Shown here piece after piece: positions 1-10,191 of a stretch of 64,000 nt of DNA. The stretch is from a virus. Lineage: Duplodnaviria; Heunggongvirae; Uroviricota; Caudoviricetes. The notes beneath the pieces are model-generated. The model saw nothing but the letters and a program-made list of their open reading frames with translations. It had not been told where the DNA came from and made no database searches. The position numbers and the translations under genes were made by a program. The stretch lies in the IMG/VR virus record IMGVR_UViG_3300017987_005500, one strand, 5' to 3'. How positions within the stretch are numbered: the stretch's first letter is position 1; each line of letters opens with the position of its first letter.

Positions 1-72
1 TGTGGTAATCTTCAGAAGGTTGTCAAGAGCAGAGGAATTTGATGAAGTTGTATTCATGGAGATTTAAATTTT

Positions 73-1383
73 ATGGATAAATTAATACCAGAGATGTACA
101 GAACATATGGGAGATATGTAAATGAATTTAGATCTTTCCCATTAAAAGACGATGGTTGCAAACCTGTTGAAAGGAGAGTTCTTCTTTCAGCATTTGAGAT
201 TGCAAGAGAAAAATATGTAAAGTCAGCAAGAATAGACGGACATTGTATTGGACATTATCATCCACATGGCACAAGTTATGGAACAATTACACAATTGGTT
301 AAACAAGGTTTTCTTGATCCTCAAGGAAACTTTGGACATAACTTAGGAGTTGAACCATCTCCAGCAGCTGCAATGAGATATACTGAAGCAAAGTTATCAA
401 AATTTGCAATGAGTAATTCTTTCAGATTGATAAATTATGTTGAAAGACAGGAATCTGAATTAGACGAAGAACCTATTTTTCTTCCATCAATGTTCCCAGT
501 ATGTTTATTGGGAAGAGATTATACACAAGGAATTGGATTTGGATATCGTACTTATATTCCATGTTATAAATTGAAAGATTTACATCAACGACTATTATGG
601 TTACTTAAAGCAATTGATACAGAACCTATAATCAAACCAGTATCTTCTTCAACGATTATATCCTCAGACGAAGACCTTAAACAATTACTGACTACAGGAA
701 AAGCTGCAATTAAGACTCAGGGTATAATTGAAGAATTTAGAAATAGTTGTAAGGTTATTGTAAAGTCTTGGCCAGAAGGCAAAAGATTTAATTCAATATT
801 ATCAAAATTTTCAAAGGAATTGGATAATGGTGATATTGGTTTTGCTGATTTATCAAATGCTGCTTCAGGAAATAATATTCAATTCCAAGTATTGAAGCAA
901 AGAAATAGAGATAAAATATATCTCAATTTTGTAAAGAAATTGAAAGCTGCCCTTAAAGGAAGTATATCATTTGAGATAATGATATCTACTTTAAATGGGC
1001 AGGTTGAGTTATGTTCAGTTGATGAATTTTTGCTACATTGTTATAAGAATTTCTCAGAAGTTACTAAGGTAATGTTGAACTCTGAATATTCAAAAAATGA
1101 AGAGAAAATTCAAGAGAATTTAGATTTATCAAAATTAAGAGAACCATTAAGATCCTTTTTATCAAATAGAGATAAAGAACCACTTGATGAATCATATAAA
1201 CGATTGAGTGAAGAATCAACTTTATCTGTTGAAAGAGTTAAAGATTTGATGAGAAGGCATCGTCTTAATAAACTTATAACAATGGATTTCGACGTCACAA
1301 AACTCTATGAAACTAAAACAGAGATTGAAGAACATTTAAATAAATTAAATGAATTTGTTTTGGATCAATATGAGGGATTATAA
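73..1383 (+). CDS. Type IIA DNA topoisomerase subunit A (GyrA/ParC/T4 gp52-like, no C-terminal pinwheel)
   Basis: DGCKPVERR, YHPHG, QGNFG and AAAMRYTEAKLS (catalytic Tyr) motifs; 436 aa. Confidence 0.93.
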   Translation: MDKLIPEMYRTYGRYVNEFRSFPLKDDGCKPVERRVLLSAFEIAREKYVKSARIDGHCIGHYHPHGTSYGTITQLVKQGFLDPQGNFGHNLGVEPSPAAAMRYTEAKLSKFAMSNSFRLINYVERQESELDEEPIFLPSMFPVCLLGRDYTQGIGFGYRTYIPCYKLKDLHQRLLWLLKAIDTEPIIKPVSSSTIISSDEDLKQLLTTGKAAIKTQGIIEEFRNSCKVIVKSWPEGKRFNSILSKFSKELDNGDIGFADLSNAASGNNIQFQVLKQRNRDKIYLNFVKKLKAALKGSISFEIMISTLNGQVELCSVDEFLLHCYKNFSEVTKVMLNSEYSKNEEKIQENLDLSKLREPLRSFLSNRDKEPLDESYKRLSEESTLSVERVKDLMRRHRLNKLITMDFDVTKLYETKTEIEEHLNKLNEFVLDQYEGL

Positions 1384-1595
1384 TGGAAACTAAATTTGTA
1401 AAAGCAACTGAATTAAAAAATAATCTTGGATTGTATTTAGATGAAGTTGAGACAAAGGTTATTGTTATAAGAAAACATGAAAGAGATAAAGCTGTATTGA
1501 TGTCCCATTCAAAGTATTTAGAGCTTCGCAGATATGCAGATAAATATTTAGCTCAAGACTTTGAAGAAATGAAGAATATGGGTAAGAGATCATGA
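1383..1595 (+). CDS. Phd/YefM-family antitoxin-like protein (orphan)
   Basis: N-terminal VKATELKNNLGLYLDEV...IVIRKHERDKAVLMS matches the Phd/YefM DNA-binding domain pattern. Confidence 0.8.
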   Translation: METKFVKATELKNNLGLYLDEVETKVIVIRKHERDKAVLMSHSKYLELRRYADKYLAQDFEEMKNMGKRS

Positions 1596-1969
1596 AATAT
1601 TATGATGGAAAATGTGAAATATGTAAGGGAGAAAGAAATGTAAGAGAGACTATTACTATCAGTACAATATGTCCAAATTGTAAAGGACATGGTGAAACAT
1701 ATTGGATTGATGAAATCATTAAACCAACCATACATCAAGGCATGCTTCATGATATTTGTCATAGAAATATTGACTTTCTTATAGAACTTATAAAACAAGA
1801 AGGAAAAAAGGTAGGAGAAGCACTTGATGTTTCAGTTAGAGAAGTGAGTGCATATGAAACACAAGAAAGAGTATTTAAACAAAAAATGCTTATGGAGCAA
1901 ATGAAACTAAAATCAGATGGATTATCTAAAGAAATTAAAGAACTAGTAACTGAATTTAAGGAGAAATGA
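1592..1969 (+). CDS. Hypothetical protein with DnaJ-type Zn-finger repeats
   Basis: CEICKG and CPNCKGHG; ATGA overlap with the upstream gene. Confidence 0.6.
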   Translation: MKYYDGKCEICKGERNVRETITISTICPNCKGHGETYWIDEIIKPTIHQGMLHDICHRNIDFLIELIKQEGKKVGEALDVSVREVSAYETQERVFKQKMLMEQMKLKSDGLSKEIKELVTEFKEK

Positions 1970-1970
1970 T

Positions 1971-3023
1971 ATGGAAAAATGTCCAGTTTGTGGAAATTTA
2001 TTTAAACAATTACATTCACATTTATCCACATGTTCAGATGAAGAACATGTAAAATATATTAATATAGTATCAGAAAGAATAGACTGGTTTTTATTAAACT
2101 CTACATATTATATGAATGAAATTCCAAAAGTAATTATGGAAAATGATGGATTATATTGTTATTCTTCTTTGGTACATAAGAGAGAGTTAGAAATTTGTCC
2201 AGGAAGAGGTTATAAAGTAATGGGTTTGAGAAGAAGAGGAAATAACAATCCTGTGTTCAAAGATGGAGTCATTGAAAAAATATCAAACACTGTTGCTAAA
2301 AAATGGGAACATGGTGTTTATGAAAATAGACAAAATGGAATGTTAGATAAGAAAGGAGTTGATCACCCTGAATTTAATGTATATACATTTTTAAAATGGA
2401 AATATAAGGAAATATATAATTATTATCATAATGATAATAAATGTTTGATTCATGGTTGTGATAAAGAAGTTGAAAATGTTCATCACATTGATGAAAATCA
2501 TGACAACTTTATGTTGACTAATTTAGAAGGTTATTGTGTATTTCATCATATGGATAGACATTACGCAGCACGAAAGACCCCATATACAGAGATAACTAAA
2601 ATTATTACATTTGATTCATGCCATAATTTATTGAATTATAACGGAAAATGTAGAAACCTTCATGGTCACACATATAAATTGGAGATTACTGTTAGAAATA
2701 GAGTTGATTTACACTCTGGAATGGTAATGGATTTTGGAACTCTTAAAAATATCATCAATAAATATGTAATTGAACCATTGGATCATAAATACTTAAATGA
2801 TGAACTACCTGAATTTAATCCAACTGCTGAAGTAATGTGTGATTGGATTTGGAGACAATTGGAATTTGAAGGAAAACTCAAAGGATTATATGAAGTTAAA
2901 CTATGGGAAACTCCAAACTCTAATGCTTCAGTCAATCAAATGGGAATGTTTTTGTCTCCATTATATGCGATGGCATTATATGATGAATTGACTCAACATT
3001 ATAAATGGGATAATAATGCTTGA
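1971..3023 (+). CDS. queD: Zn-finger/HNH endonuclease-like domain fused to 6-carboxytetrahydropterin synthase QueD
   Basis: C-terminal FDSCH..CRNLHGHTY, GMVMDF, LDHKYLN, PTAE, LWET = QueD/PTPS; N-terminal CPVC..H..H finger and HHIDENHDNFMLTNL HNH motif. Confidence 0.85.
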   Translation: MEKCPVCGNLFKQLHSHLSTCSDEEHVKYINIVSERIDWFLLNSTYYMNEIPKVIMENDGLYCYSSLVHKRELEICPGRGYKVMGLRRRGNNNPVFKDGVIEKISNTVAKKWEHGVYENRQNGMLDKKGVDHPEFNVYTFLKWKYKEIYNYYHNDNKCLIHGCDKEVENVHHIDENHDNFMLTNLEGYCVFHHMDRHYAARKTPYTEITKIITFDSCHNLLNYNGKCRNLHGHTYKLEITVRNRVDLHSGMVMDFGTLKNIINKYVIEPLDHKYLNDELPEFNPTAEVMCDWIWRQLEFEGKLKGLYEVKLWETPNSNASVNQMGMFLSPLYAMALYDELTQHYKWDNNA

Positions 3024-3291
3024 TTTTGAATTATTGCATGATCCCTGCGATGATTGTATCGTGGGGTTCTTATGTAACAAAATATGCGAATTGAAAACAG
3101 ATTATGAAACTACATTTAATTCATATGATTATCAATGCAATTTAAGAGTATATTATGCACATGAAAAAAAATGTAAAGAATTCATAAAAATGTATTTAGA
3201 AGAAGGAATGTCTCCACTACAACAAATGGCAAGGGCGATGAAATCTTATGATAACAGCGAACGAAGCAAGGGAATTGTATTTAAAGAATAA
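3016..3291 (+). CDS. Small Cys-rich protein (CxxCIVxxxCxxIC family, paralog 1)
   Basis: PCDDCIVGFLCNKICE, shared with the ORFs at 7548 and 7729. Confidence 0.6.
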   Translation: MLDFELLHDPCDDCIVGFLCNKICELKTDYETTFNSYDYQCNLRVYYAHEKKCKEFIKMYLEEGMSPLQQMARAMKSYDNSERSKGIVFKE

Positions 3292-3538
3292 TCATTCTAA
3301 CTCAATAGATGATTTTATAACCGTTTTGGATAAAGAGATTAGACATAGATCTGAAAATGGGGAATCATGTTTATATGATGCAACTTATGTACTTGTAAAA
3401 CATGGAATACACATGCCAAATTCAAAGACTCTAAAAAAGGTATGGGCAAGATTGAGTGAGTTAGGTTATATCATTGAATTTATTAAAATTTCCTTAGACG
3501 ATGAACCACAAAGAACTACCACAAAGATAAGTTGGTGA
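3248..3538 (+). CDS. Hypothetical protein
   Basis: ORF in a tightly packed + strand run. Confidence 0.55.
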   Translation: MITANEARELYLKNNHSNSIDDFITVLDKEIRHRSENGESCLYDATYVLVKHGIHMPNSKTLKKVWARLSELGYIIEFIKISLDDEPQRTTTKISW

Positions 3539-3542
3539 AAAT

Positions 3543-3944
3543 ATGAGACTATTTATACCAGAATTAGGAACGAGGTTAAGACTTATACAACCTTGGTCTT
3601 TTAATCTTTATTGTGAATCAAGGAATGACAGTCTATTGTGGCATTATGAATATTTCAAAAGAAATGAACAAGGTCGTAAATTAGACACAAACTTTAAATA
3701 TAATGACATTGTAGACAAACTTAAATTAGACATTGGATGTATTTTAAAAGTTGACAGAATATATATAAGGAAGGGAGCTAATAAATATAGCTCTGTTACA
3801 TTTCATTTAACTCTTCCTGATGGACGAAAGTCAACAAAACCACTTCAACAATGGCATGCAGATCTTAAACCAAGAAGAATTCCATTGAGATTTTGGGCAA
3901 AGTTAAATGAAGTAAATACAATTGAATGTGAAATCGTGGAGTAA
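3543..3944 (+). CDS. Hypothetical phage protein
   Basis: ORF in operon; phage-like MRLFIPELGT...LKVDRIYIRKG. Confidence 0.6.
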   Translation: MRLFIPELGTRLRLIQPWSFNLYCESRNDSLLWHYEYFKRNEQGRKLDTNFKYNDIVDKLKLDIGCILKVDRIYIRKGANKYSSVTFHLTLPDGRKSTKPLQQWHADLKPRRIPLRFWAKLNEVNTIECEIVE

Positions 3945-3947
3945 ATT

Positions 3948-4148
3948 ATGAGAGATCTAACTGATGTTTTAGATGAAATTTATTATCAATACGATCTTGG
4001 TTATGAAGATTTTCATGGAGAAGCTCTAAGAAGAGCAATTGAAATTATTAAAGAACATAAAGCAGACGAACCATGGACAGAAGAAAAAGTTAAAAAACGA
4101 CAAGAGGAAACAGAGAAAGAATTACAGAAAGGAATAAATCATGGGTGA
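3948..4148 (+). CDS. Hypothetical protein
   Basis: GGAG SD, operon packing. Confidence 0.55.
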   Translation: MRDLTDVLDEIYYQYDLGYEDFHGEALRRAIEIIKEHKADEPWTEEKVKKRQEETEKELQKGINHG

Positions 4149-4710
4149 AACATTTTTAACTGCAGATCCACATTTAGGCAATCATGGAATAATTGAACAT
4201 TGTAATAGACCTTATAATCAAGTTAGACATATGGACGCTTCATTGATAAGAAATATTAATGAAGTAGCAAAGGAAGACGATGACTTATATATTGCTGGAG
4301 ATTTTTCAATGCATACAAAATCTCATAGAGGAATGTTTGAAGAATGGGCAAGAAAAATTAAATGTAGAAAACATTTGATAATGGGGAATCATGATATTAA
4401 AGATCCTACTTTTTATACTGATATTGGCTTTTGGTCTGTTCATTATCCTTATTTCGAAATTGATGAATTTGTAATTGTACATGATCCAGCTCTCGCACTT
4501 GTTGATAAAAGTAGAATATTTTTATGTGGTCATCTTCATACTTTCTTTAAAACAAAAGCAAATTGTATTAATGTTGGAGTTGATGTTTGGGATTATAAAC
4601 CAATTAGTCTTACTCGAATTAGAAAAATAGTTAAGGATTTTTCTACAATTCATATGATTAATAATCAAAAACAAATCATGCTTCCTGATGATATTATTGA
4701 AAGGAATTGA
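4141..4710 (+). CDS. Calcineurin-like metallophosphoesterase
   Basis: DPH, GDF, GNHD, H, GHLH metal-binding motifs. Confidence 0.9.
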   Translation: MGETFLTADPHLGNHGIIEHCNRPYNQVRHMDASLIRNINEVAKEDDDLYIAGDFSMHTKSHRGMFEEWARKIKCRKHLIMGNHDIKDPTFYTDIGFWSVHYPYFEIDEFVIVHDPALALVDKSRIFLCGHLHTFFKTKANCINVGVDVWDYKPISLTRIRKIVKDFSTIHMINNQKQIMLPDDIIERN

Positions 4711-5054
4711 TGATGATTGAAGGTTGGACACAAATAAATGATGAAGTATTTGAAAGAGTGAAAGCTCCATTAGGTGGGATTTTTAAAGCTCGGATTCATT
4801 GTCTTTATAATCAATTTCAAGAATCTCATAGATACACTGGAATTGTCTCAAATGGGCATTATAATCTATACACTACTCCGACAGTTGGAGATTTTGAAGA
4901 TTGCGCAAAAGATCTTGAAAAATGGTATTTGGATTTCATTGAAACTGAATATAAGGGACTCAAGATGAAAGAAGTAATAAATTTAGAAGTAGACTCTGAT
5001 GAATATAAGAATTTTATACGCAGAGAATATGGAAGGATTGAATATGGGACTTGA
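4707..5054 (+). CDS. Hypothetical protein
   Basis: ORF overlapping the upstream stop. Confidence 0.55.
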   Translation: MMMIEGWTQINDEVFERVKAPLGGIFKARIHCLYNQFQESHRYTGIVSNGHYNLYTTPTVGDFEDCAKDLEKWYLDFIETEYKGLKMKEVINLEVDSDEYKNFIRREYGRIEYGT

Positions 5055-5439
5055 TTCACCTAATTATATAGTTTATATTCCTAAAGACTTTAATATTTTA
5101 ACCGACGATAACTATGAAAAATTTAAAAGATGTTTTTTAGCATACTATGAGAAAGATGATAGTATGCTTATTAAGCATTTAAATGAAACTGTTAAGACTT
5201 TTGAAAAGTTTAAGGATAATACACCTAAACTTAGATTAACTGACTTTGATGGAAAAGAATATGAATTTTATGCAATTGTTGATTTTTGCTATGAAAATTT
5301 TAATCCAATAACAATAGGACTAACTTATTCATATGTAAGAGAAATGTATAATATTTCAGCATCTGACCCAATGATGGAAACAATTACAAAGGATATATTT
5401 CAAACATTATACGGGAGAATGAAAAGTGACGGAAATTGA
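5044..5439 (+). CDS. Hypothetical protein (start moved to ATG 5044)
   Basis: GAAGGA SD before ATG 5044. Confidence 0.5.
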   Translation: MGLDSPNYIVYIPKDFNILTDDNYEKFKRCFLAYYEKDDSMLIKHLNETVKTFEKFKDNTPKLRLTDFDGKEYEFYAIVDFCYENFNPITIGLTYSYVREMYNISASDPMMETITKDIFQTLYGRMKSDGN

Positions 5440-5746
5440 AAGAGTAAATTTATCAGTTTATTTTGTAGGTATTGCGAAAGAAGATGTAAATGTTATATAT
5501 TCTAGTCTTCATAAATATTTATCTGAAATGACTCCAAAAGAACAAGAGTTGAAAGACGATGATTATTTTGGTGAACTGGAAGCTGAATTGTTAAAAGTAG
5601 TTGAAGAAGGATTTCTTAATAGTAAAAATAGCAAAGTTGATTTTAGAGATGTTTTGCGAGTACTGAAAGAGTTTGAAATCCATTCAATTATGTGTAGCAT
5701 TGAAGGAAAAGGAACTGCAGATTACGTAATAAATACATTGGTATAA
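5426..5746 (+). CDS. Hypothetical protein
   Basis: GGGAG SD, GTG start. Confidence 0.55.
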   Translation: MTEIERVNLSVYFVGIAKEDVNVIYSSLHKYLSEMTPKEQELKDDDYFGELEAELLKVVEEGFLNSKNSKVDFRDVLRVLKEFEIHSIMCSIEGKGTADYVINTLV

Positions 5747-5755
5747 AGGTGAATT

Positions 5756-6136
5756 ATGAGTTCATGGAGAACTACAGTTGGGATTGAAACTCTTGATGTA
5801 TTAGACTTTGAGGAATTCTATAAATTTATAAATGACGTTAAATCTGGGTATGATACATTTGAAGAAATATATTATAATGACAACTATGGAACAATTGAAA
5901 AATTTAAAGAAGAAATAAAAGAAATATATAATTTAGCAATTGATGAAGAATGTTTTACGTCAGATGATTGCTTCATGAATAGAACATTTTGTGGTGAGTT
6001 AGCTAGATATATTAAATCTAAGGGAGGATTTGAAATTTCTGGTGATAGTATTTCCGGATGGGATCCTCAACTCATAATCTTAACTAAAGATAATAAGAAA
6101 TTTATGAAAAAATTCAAAGAGTTTAAAGGAGAATAA
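5756..6136 (+). CDS. Hypothetical protein
   Basis: AAGGTG SD, operon packing. Confidence 0.55.
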   Translation: MSSWRTTVGIETLDVLDFEEFYKFINDVKSGYDTFEEIYYNDNYGTIEKFKEEIKEIYNLAIDEECFTSDDCFMNRTFCGELARYIKSKGGFEISGDSISGWDPQLIILTKDNKKFMKKFKEFKGE

Positions 6137-7548
6137 TGAATTTTATACAAAGGGGAGGAATTGCGATACCACGACAATATGAAAATGAAATGTGGTATCG
6201 TGAAATAAGGGCGGACTTATTAAGACGATCTCAAAAGTATCAAACAGCTGACTATGAAATTTTAAAATTTTACATTGAATCTCAAAACTTATTAACAATT
6301 CCAAGATTTTATCCTTTGCAAAAGTTCATGAAGCATGAAAAGTTTACCTTCGATGATAGGCGCCACGAAGGCAAACAAATACAGATAGAACATAATATAA
6401 AACCAAGGAACGAATTACAAAAGAGAGCTATGAATTATATGCTTGAAAATGATTCAGGTATATTGGAATTACAACCTGGGACAGGGAAAACTGTAATAAG
6501 TATTTCCATGATAGCTACTCGAAAAAGAAAGACTTTAATATTAGTTCATAGAGACTCTTTAGTTGAACAATGGATTAATAGAATTGAAGAATTTACCAAT
6601 CTCGATAAATCTTCTGTAGCACGATTGTCATCCTCGACATACGAAGAAGATCTTACCCACCCGATTATTATTACCACAAATCAGACTATGATCTCAATAT
6701 TAAAAAGACAGCGAGTTGAATTTTTAACTGCAATTCATAATGCTGAAATTGGGATATTTATTGCTGATGAAGTACATACCACAGTTGGAGCTCCTACTTT
6801 CTCTGAATGCTCAATTCATTTACCATGTAAAGTTGTATTTGGATTAAGTGCAACTCCTTATAGGTGGGATGGTAATGGAGATATTATGGAGTATCATCTT
6901 GGACAAATATTTGCTGAAGAAGATGATGAAGGGACTTTACCTGCTGAAGTTACAGTTATCGGATTGGATTATGAAATTGATCAACCCTCTCGACATGGGT
7001 ATTTATATTGGGGAGGGGATTTCCAAAGGGCAAGATATTTAAATTTAACGAGAAAATCTGAAAATCTTCTTAAAACTTGCGAAAGACTTATTACTAAATT
7101 AAGGAAGACAGATAGACATAGTGTTGTGATGTGTGAAAGGATAAAACTTATTGATGAACTTTATAATAAGTTAGATGATGGAGATTCCTCAATATTCACA
7201 GCAGGACATAAATTAGAAGTATTAAAAAAGAGAACCACATTTACAACTCCAGGAAAAATGAGAGATGGAGTTGATGCTCCTTGGAAAGACTCTTTATTAA
7301 TGACATCTCCCATATCCAATGTTGCTCAAGTATGTGGTCGTGTGACTCGAAGTAAAGATGGAAAACAAAATCCAGTTGTTATTGATTTAGTTGACATTTC
7401 ATGTAAACCAATAAGAAATACAATTCATACAAGACTTAAATATTATGAAAAGAAAGGTTGGAATGTAAGATTTTTCATCTATTCAAAAATCAGAGGATTA
7501 CAAGAAACGATTGAAGAACAATTTGTAGATCTATTGAAGGAATTATAA
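6136..7548 (+). CDS. Superfamily 2 helicase (UvsW/ResIII-like)
   Basis: PGTGKT, DEVH, GLSATP, QVCGRVTR motifs. Confidence 0.9.
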   Translation: MNFIQRGGIAIPRQYENEMWYREIRADLLRRSQKYQTADYEILKFYIESQNLLTIPRFYPLQKFMKHEKFTFDDRRHEGKQIQIEHNIKPRNELQKRAMNYMLENDSGILELQPGTGKTVISISMIATRKRKTLILVHRDSLVEQWINRIEEFTNLDKSSVARLSSSTYEEDLTHPIIITTNQTMISILKRQRVEFLTAIHNAEIGIFIADEVHTTVGAPTFSECSIHLPCKVVFGLSATPYRWDGNGDIMEYHLGQIFAEEDDEGTLPAEVTVIGLDYEIDQPSRHGYLYWGGDFQRARYLNLTRKSENLLKTCERLITKLRKTDRHSVVMCERIKLIDELYNKLDDGDSSIFTAGHKLEVLKKRTTFTTPGKMRDGVDAPWKDSLLMTSPISNVAQVCGRVTRSKDGKQNPVVIDLVDISCKPIRNTIHTRLKYYEKKGWNVRFFIYSKIRGLQETIEEQFVDLLKEL

Positions 7549-7736
7549 TGACAACCTTTAAATTTTCAGATGAAGAAGATGATCGTAAAATAAATGAAGT
7601 TGATGATCTTGAAAAATTTTATAAAATCGAATTTAAGGTATGTAAGGATTGTATAGTTAGAATGTTATGCAATAAGATATGCGAGTTATGTGAAACTGAA
7701 ATTCAAAATAGGTTTAGGATTAAACAACATGAATGA
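7548..7736 (+). CDS. Small Cys-rich protein (paralog 2)
   Basis: VCKDCIVRMLCNKICELC. Confidence 0.6.
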   Translation: MTTFKFSDEEDDRKINEVDDLEKFYKIEFKVCKDCIVRMLCNKICELCETEIQNRFRIKQHE

Positions 7737-7908
7737 CATTTTAGATAGATTCAGTCCAAATAAATTAGGAAGAGAGTTTATCAAAACAATTGAAGAATTA
7801 TATATGTTTGAAGTTGAAGTATGCAAAGAATGTATAGTTGGTCCAATATGTGATAATATATGTCAACCTTGTAGAACTGAAATTCTTAAAAAGATGAGCT
7901 ATGAATAA
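7729..7908 (+). CDS. Small Cys-rich protein (paralog 3)
   Basis: VCKECIVGPICDNICQPC; ATG 7729 overlaps the upstream gene end. Confidence 0.6.
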   Translation: MNDILDRFSPNKLGREFIKTIEELYMFEVEVCKECIVGPICDNICQPCRTEILKKMSYE

Positions 7909-8038
7909 TATTATAAATACAATAAAGAGAACTATAGAACACGCGTGGTATGTGGCAAATCCTCTTGAAAGAGCGATTTTAATATTTGGAATTATAGTAA
8001 TAATATTAGGACTTATAACACTTGCAATTAAAGGATAA
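7901..8038 (+). CDS. 45-aa membrane peptide (not in ORF track)
   Basis: MNNIINTIKRTIEHAWYVANPLERAILIFGIIVIILGLITLAIKG; fills the gap exactly, one TM helix. Confidence 0.6.
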   Translation: MNNIINTIKRTIEHAWYVANPLERAILIFGIIVIILGLITLAIKG

Positions 8039-8041
8039 AAA

Positions 8042-9058
8042 ATGAAATTTGCATTTACCGCTGACATTCATTTATCAGGTTATTCACAAGACAAGATTGT
8101 GAATCAATTACCCGAGAGATTAAATTCTCTTAAGAATGTGCTTTATAGTATTGCGGCACATTGCATTCAAAATGATATTCCAACAATTGTAATAGGCGGT
8201 GATACATTACATGGGAAATCTTTGATACATGCTTTAGCTCAAAGTATTATGTTAGAGTTCTTCAGAGATTTCATTGAAAAACTGGAATTTATAATTATTG
8301 ATGGAAATCATGACTTATCAGGAAAAGGCAAAGACGCTGTTTCTGCATTAAAGTCTATTGATAATGAACCAAACGTGACAAGATTTTCAAAACCTACAAT
8401 GATTCAAGATGAGATTTTCTTTGTTCCATGGTCTTATGATATGGTTGATATTATTAAGAATAATAAAGCTAAATTTCTTATTTCACATTTTGGATTAAAC
8501 GAAGGTATTTTAAATAGTGGGATGAGTATTATAGCTGACATTGGACTTCCTCAATTAGTAGGAAAATATCAACACGTTCTTTTAGGACATTATCATAAAC
8601 CTCAATCAATTATTAATAAGGATATCTCTTTACATTATGTGGGGTCTCCAATTCAAATTGACTGGGGAGAGAAGAACGAGGAAAAAAGGTTCTTAATAGT
8701 TGACACCGATAAACCGTCAATAGAGAGCATTGCAACTGAGGGTTATACAAAATATATAGAATTTTATTTAACCCCAGACAACGCGTCTGCATTAGCAGAG
8801 GAAGCTAAACAATTAAAAGACAATGGACATTTTGTAAAATTAGTAAAGACAGAAGCTATTGACACATCTTCACTTGAAACTGACTTTATTGTAGTTGATA
8901 AAACTGAAAAAGATATTACGAATCGTGGTGTTGACTCAACAATGTCAATGACTGATAAACTCGAAGCATTTCTTGCTATCAAAGAAATTCCAGAACAAGA
9001 AAGAGAAATGTATATGAAATTAGGAATGGAAATTATAGATGATTCTGTAGGAGAATAA
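8042..9058 (+). CDS. Mre11/SbcD/T4 gp47-like nuclease
   Basis: ADIH, GGD, GNHD, SH, LGHYH, YVGSP; partner SbcC downstream. Confidence 0.92.
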   Translation: MKFAFTADIHLSGYSQDKIVNQLPERLNSLKNVLYSIAAHCIQNDIPTIVIGGDTLHGKSLIHALAQSIMLEFFRDFIEKLEFIIIDGNHDLSGKGKDAVSALKSIDNEPNVTRFSKPTMIQDEIFFVPWSYDMVDIIKNNKAKFLISHFGLNEGILNSGMSIIADIGLPQLVGKYQHVLLGHYHKPQSIINKDISLHYVGSPIQIDWGEKNEEKRFLIVDTDKPSIESIATEGYTKYIEFYLTPDNASALAEEAKQLKDNGHFVKLVKTEAIDTSSLETDFIVVDKTEKDITNRGVDSTMSMTDKLEAFLAIKEIPEQEREMYMKLGMEIIDDSVGE

Positions 9059-9059
9059 A

Positions 9060-9278
9060 ATGACTCAAGAATTAATAAAAGACGAACTCATAAAAAAGTT
9101 TTGTAAAGAAATTGATATGGAAAGTGAGAATGCAGAGATAAAAGAAATAACAAATGAAAAACATGAAGTTGAATTTATATTTCCTCATGATGCTATAAAA
9201 GTAGAAGAAGTACAAGAAGCAATAATTAAAACTACATATACAGTAACGGAGAGATTTAAATTTCTGATGGAACCTTAA
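9060..9278 (+). CDS. Hypothetical protein
   Basis: AGGAG SD. Confidence 0.55.
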   Translation: MTQELIKDELIKKFCKEIDMESENAEIKEITNEKHEVEFIFPHDAIKVEEVQEAIIKTTYTVTERFKFLMEP

Positions 9279-9293
9279 AGGAGAATAAAATAA

Positions 9294-9521
9294 ATGGCAG
9301 GATATTTGCAAGAAGGAACTTTAAGGAGTGCTTCATGGCAAAAGATTGTTAATTTAATATACAAACGAGAGATTAAACAAAAAATACTTAATCCTGTAGA
9401 TGAGCAATTTTATAGAGCATTATTGGAAGATAAGGATCATAAGAAATATATTGCGGTAGGGTGTTATGATAAAAATTTAAATAGACCAATTATTGAATTG
9501 AAACAATGGAGAGATTTATGA
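9294..9521 (+). CDS. Hypothetical protein
   Basis: AAGGAG SD. Confidence 0.55.
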   Translation: MAGYLQEGTLRSASWQKIVNLIYKREIKQKILNPVDEQFYRALLEDKDHKKYIAVGCYDKNLNRPIIELKQWRDL

Positions 9522-9919
9522 AAAAAGAAAGCAATCCAAAACCACCAACAATTAAAAAACCTTCTCCCCCACCTCCGCCTCCTAACAGATCATTTAAAGA
9601 AAGTGAGCTTCCACTAAGATCTACAGATGGAGATATATTCAGTCCAATATATCCTCCACCTAAAAGAATAATATCTGAAGATGTTAGAATATCGAATGTT
9701 ATTAAAGGAATCAAGAAAATGACAAAAAGATTATCAAGAGGTTCAACTACAAAATTTAAAGTTAAAAATATTGATCATCCATTCTTAATGCAAGCATTAT
9801 CTCATTATGAAAAGTATATAAATACATTTAAGGATGCCGAAAATCTAATAATTCCATATGAGGAAGTAAAAAGAAGATCTGATAGTTTATATTATACTTT
9901 TAATGTAGAGGAAGAATAA
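9518..9919 (+). CDS. Hypothetical protein with poly-Pro N-terminus
   Basis: GGAG SD, ATGA overlap; PSPPPPPP. Confidence 0.55.
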   Translation: MKKESNPKPPTIKKPSPPPPPPNRSFKESELPLRSTDGDIFSPIYPPPKRIISEDVRISNVIKGIKKMTKRLSRGSTTKFKVKNIDHPFLMQALSHYEKYINTFKDAENLIIPYEEVKRRSDSLYYTFNVEEE

Positions 9920-10191
9920 TGAAAATAAAAGTTAAAATTGATCTTGAAGAATGTACAAATGGGTTTTTAAATAAACTAAGTTTTACTTTTAATGTTAAAT
10001 TGTATATTGACGATAAACTTATTTTTGATGTATATAACTATGATTTAAATCATGAGACTGCATTTAGTAAACTTGAGGCATTTGGAGATAAAAAAGATAA
10101 AATAGGTCAGTATGTTTCAGATTGTATACATAAAACTATAAAAAAAATATACTTTCTTGATGATTATGAAACTGAAATAAAGGAAGAATAA
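9919..10191 (+). CDS. Hypothetical protein
   Basis: TAATG coupling on both sides. Confidence 0.55.
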   Translation: MKIKVKIDLEECTNGFLNKLSFTFNVKLYIDDKLIFDVYNYDLNHETAFSKLEAFGDKKDKIGQYVSDCIHKTIKKIYFLDDYETEIKEE

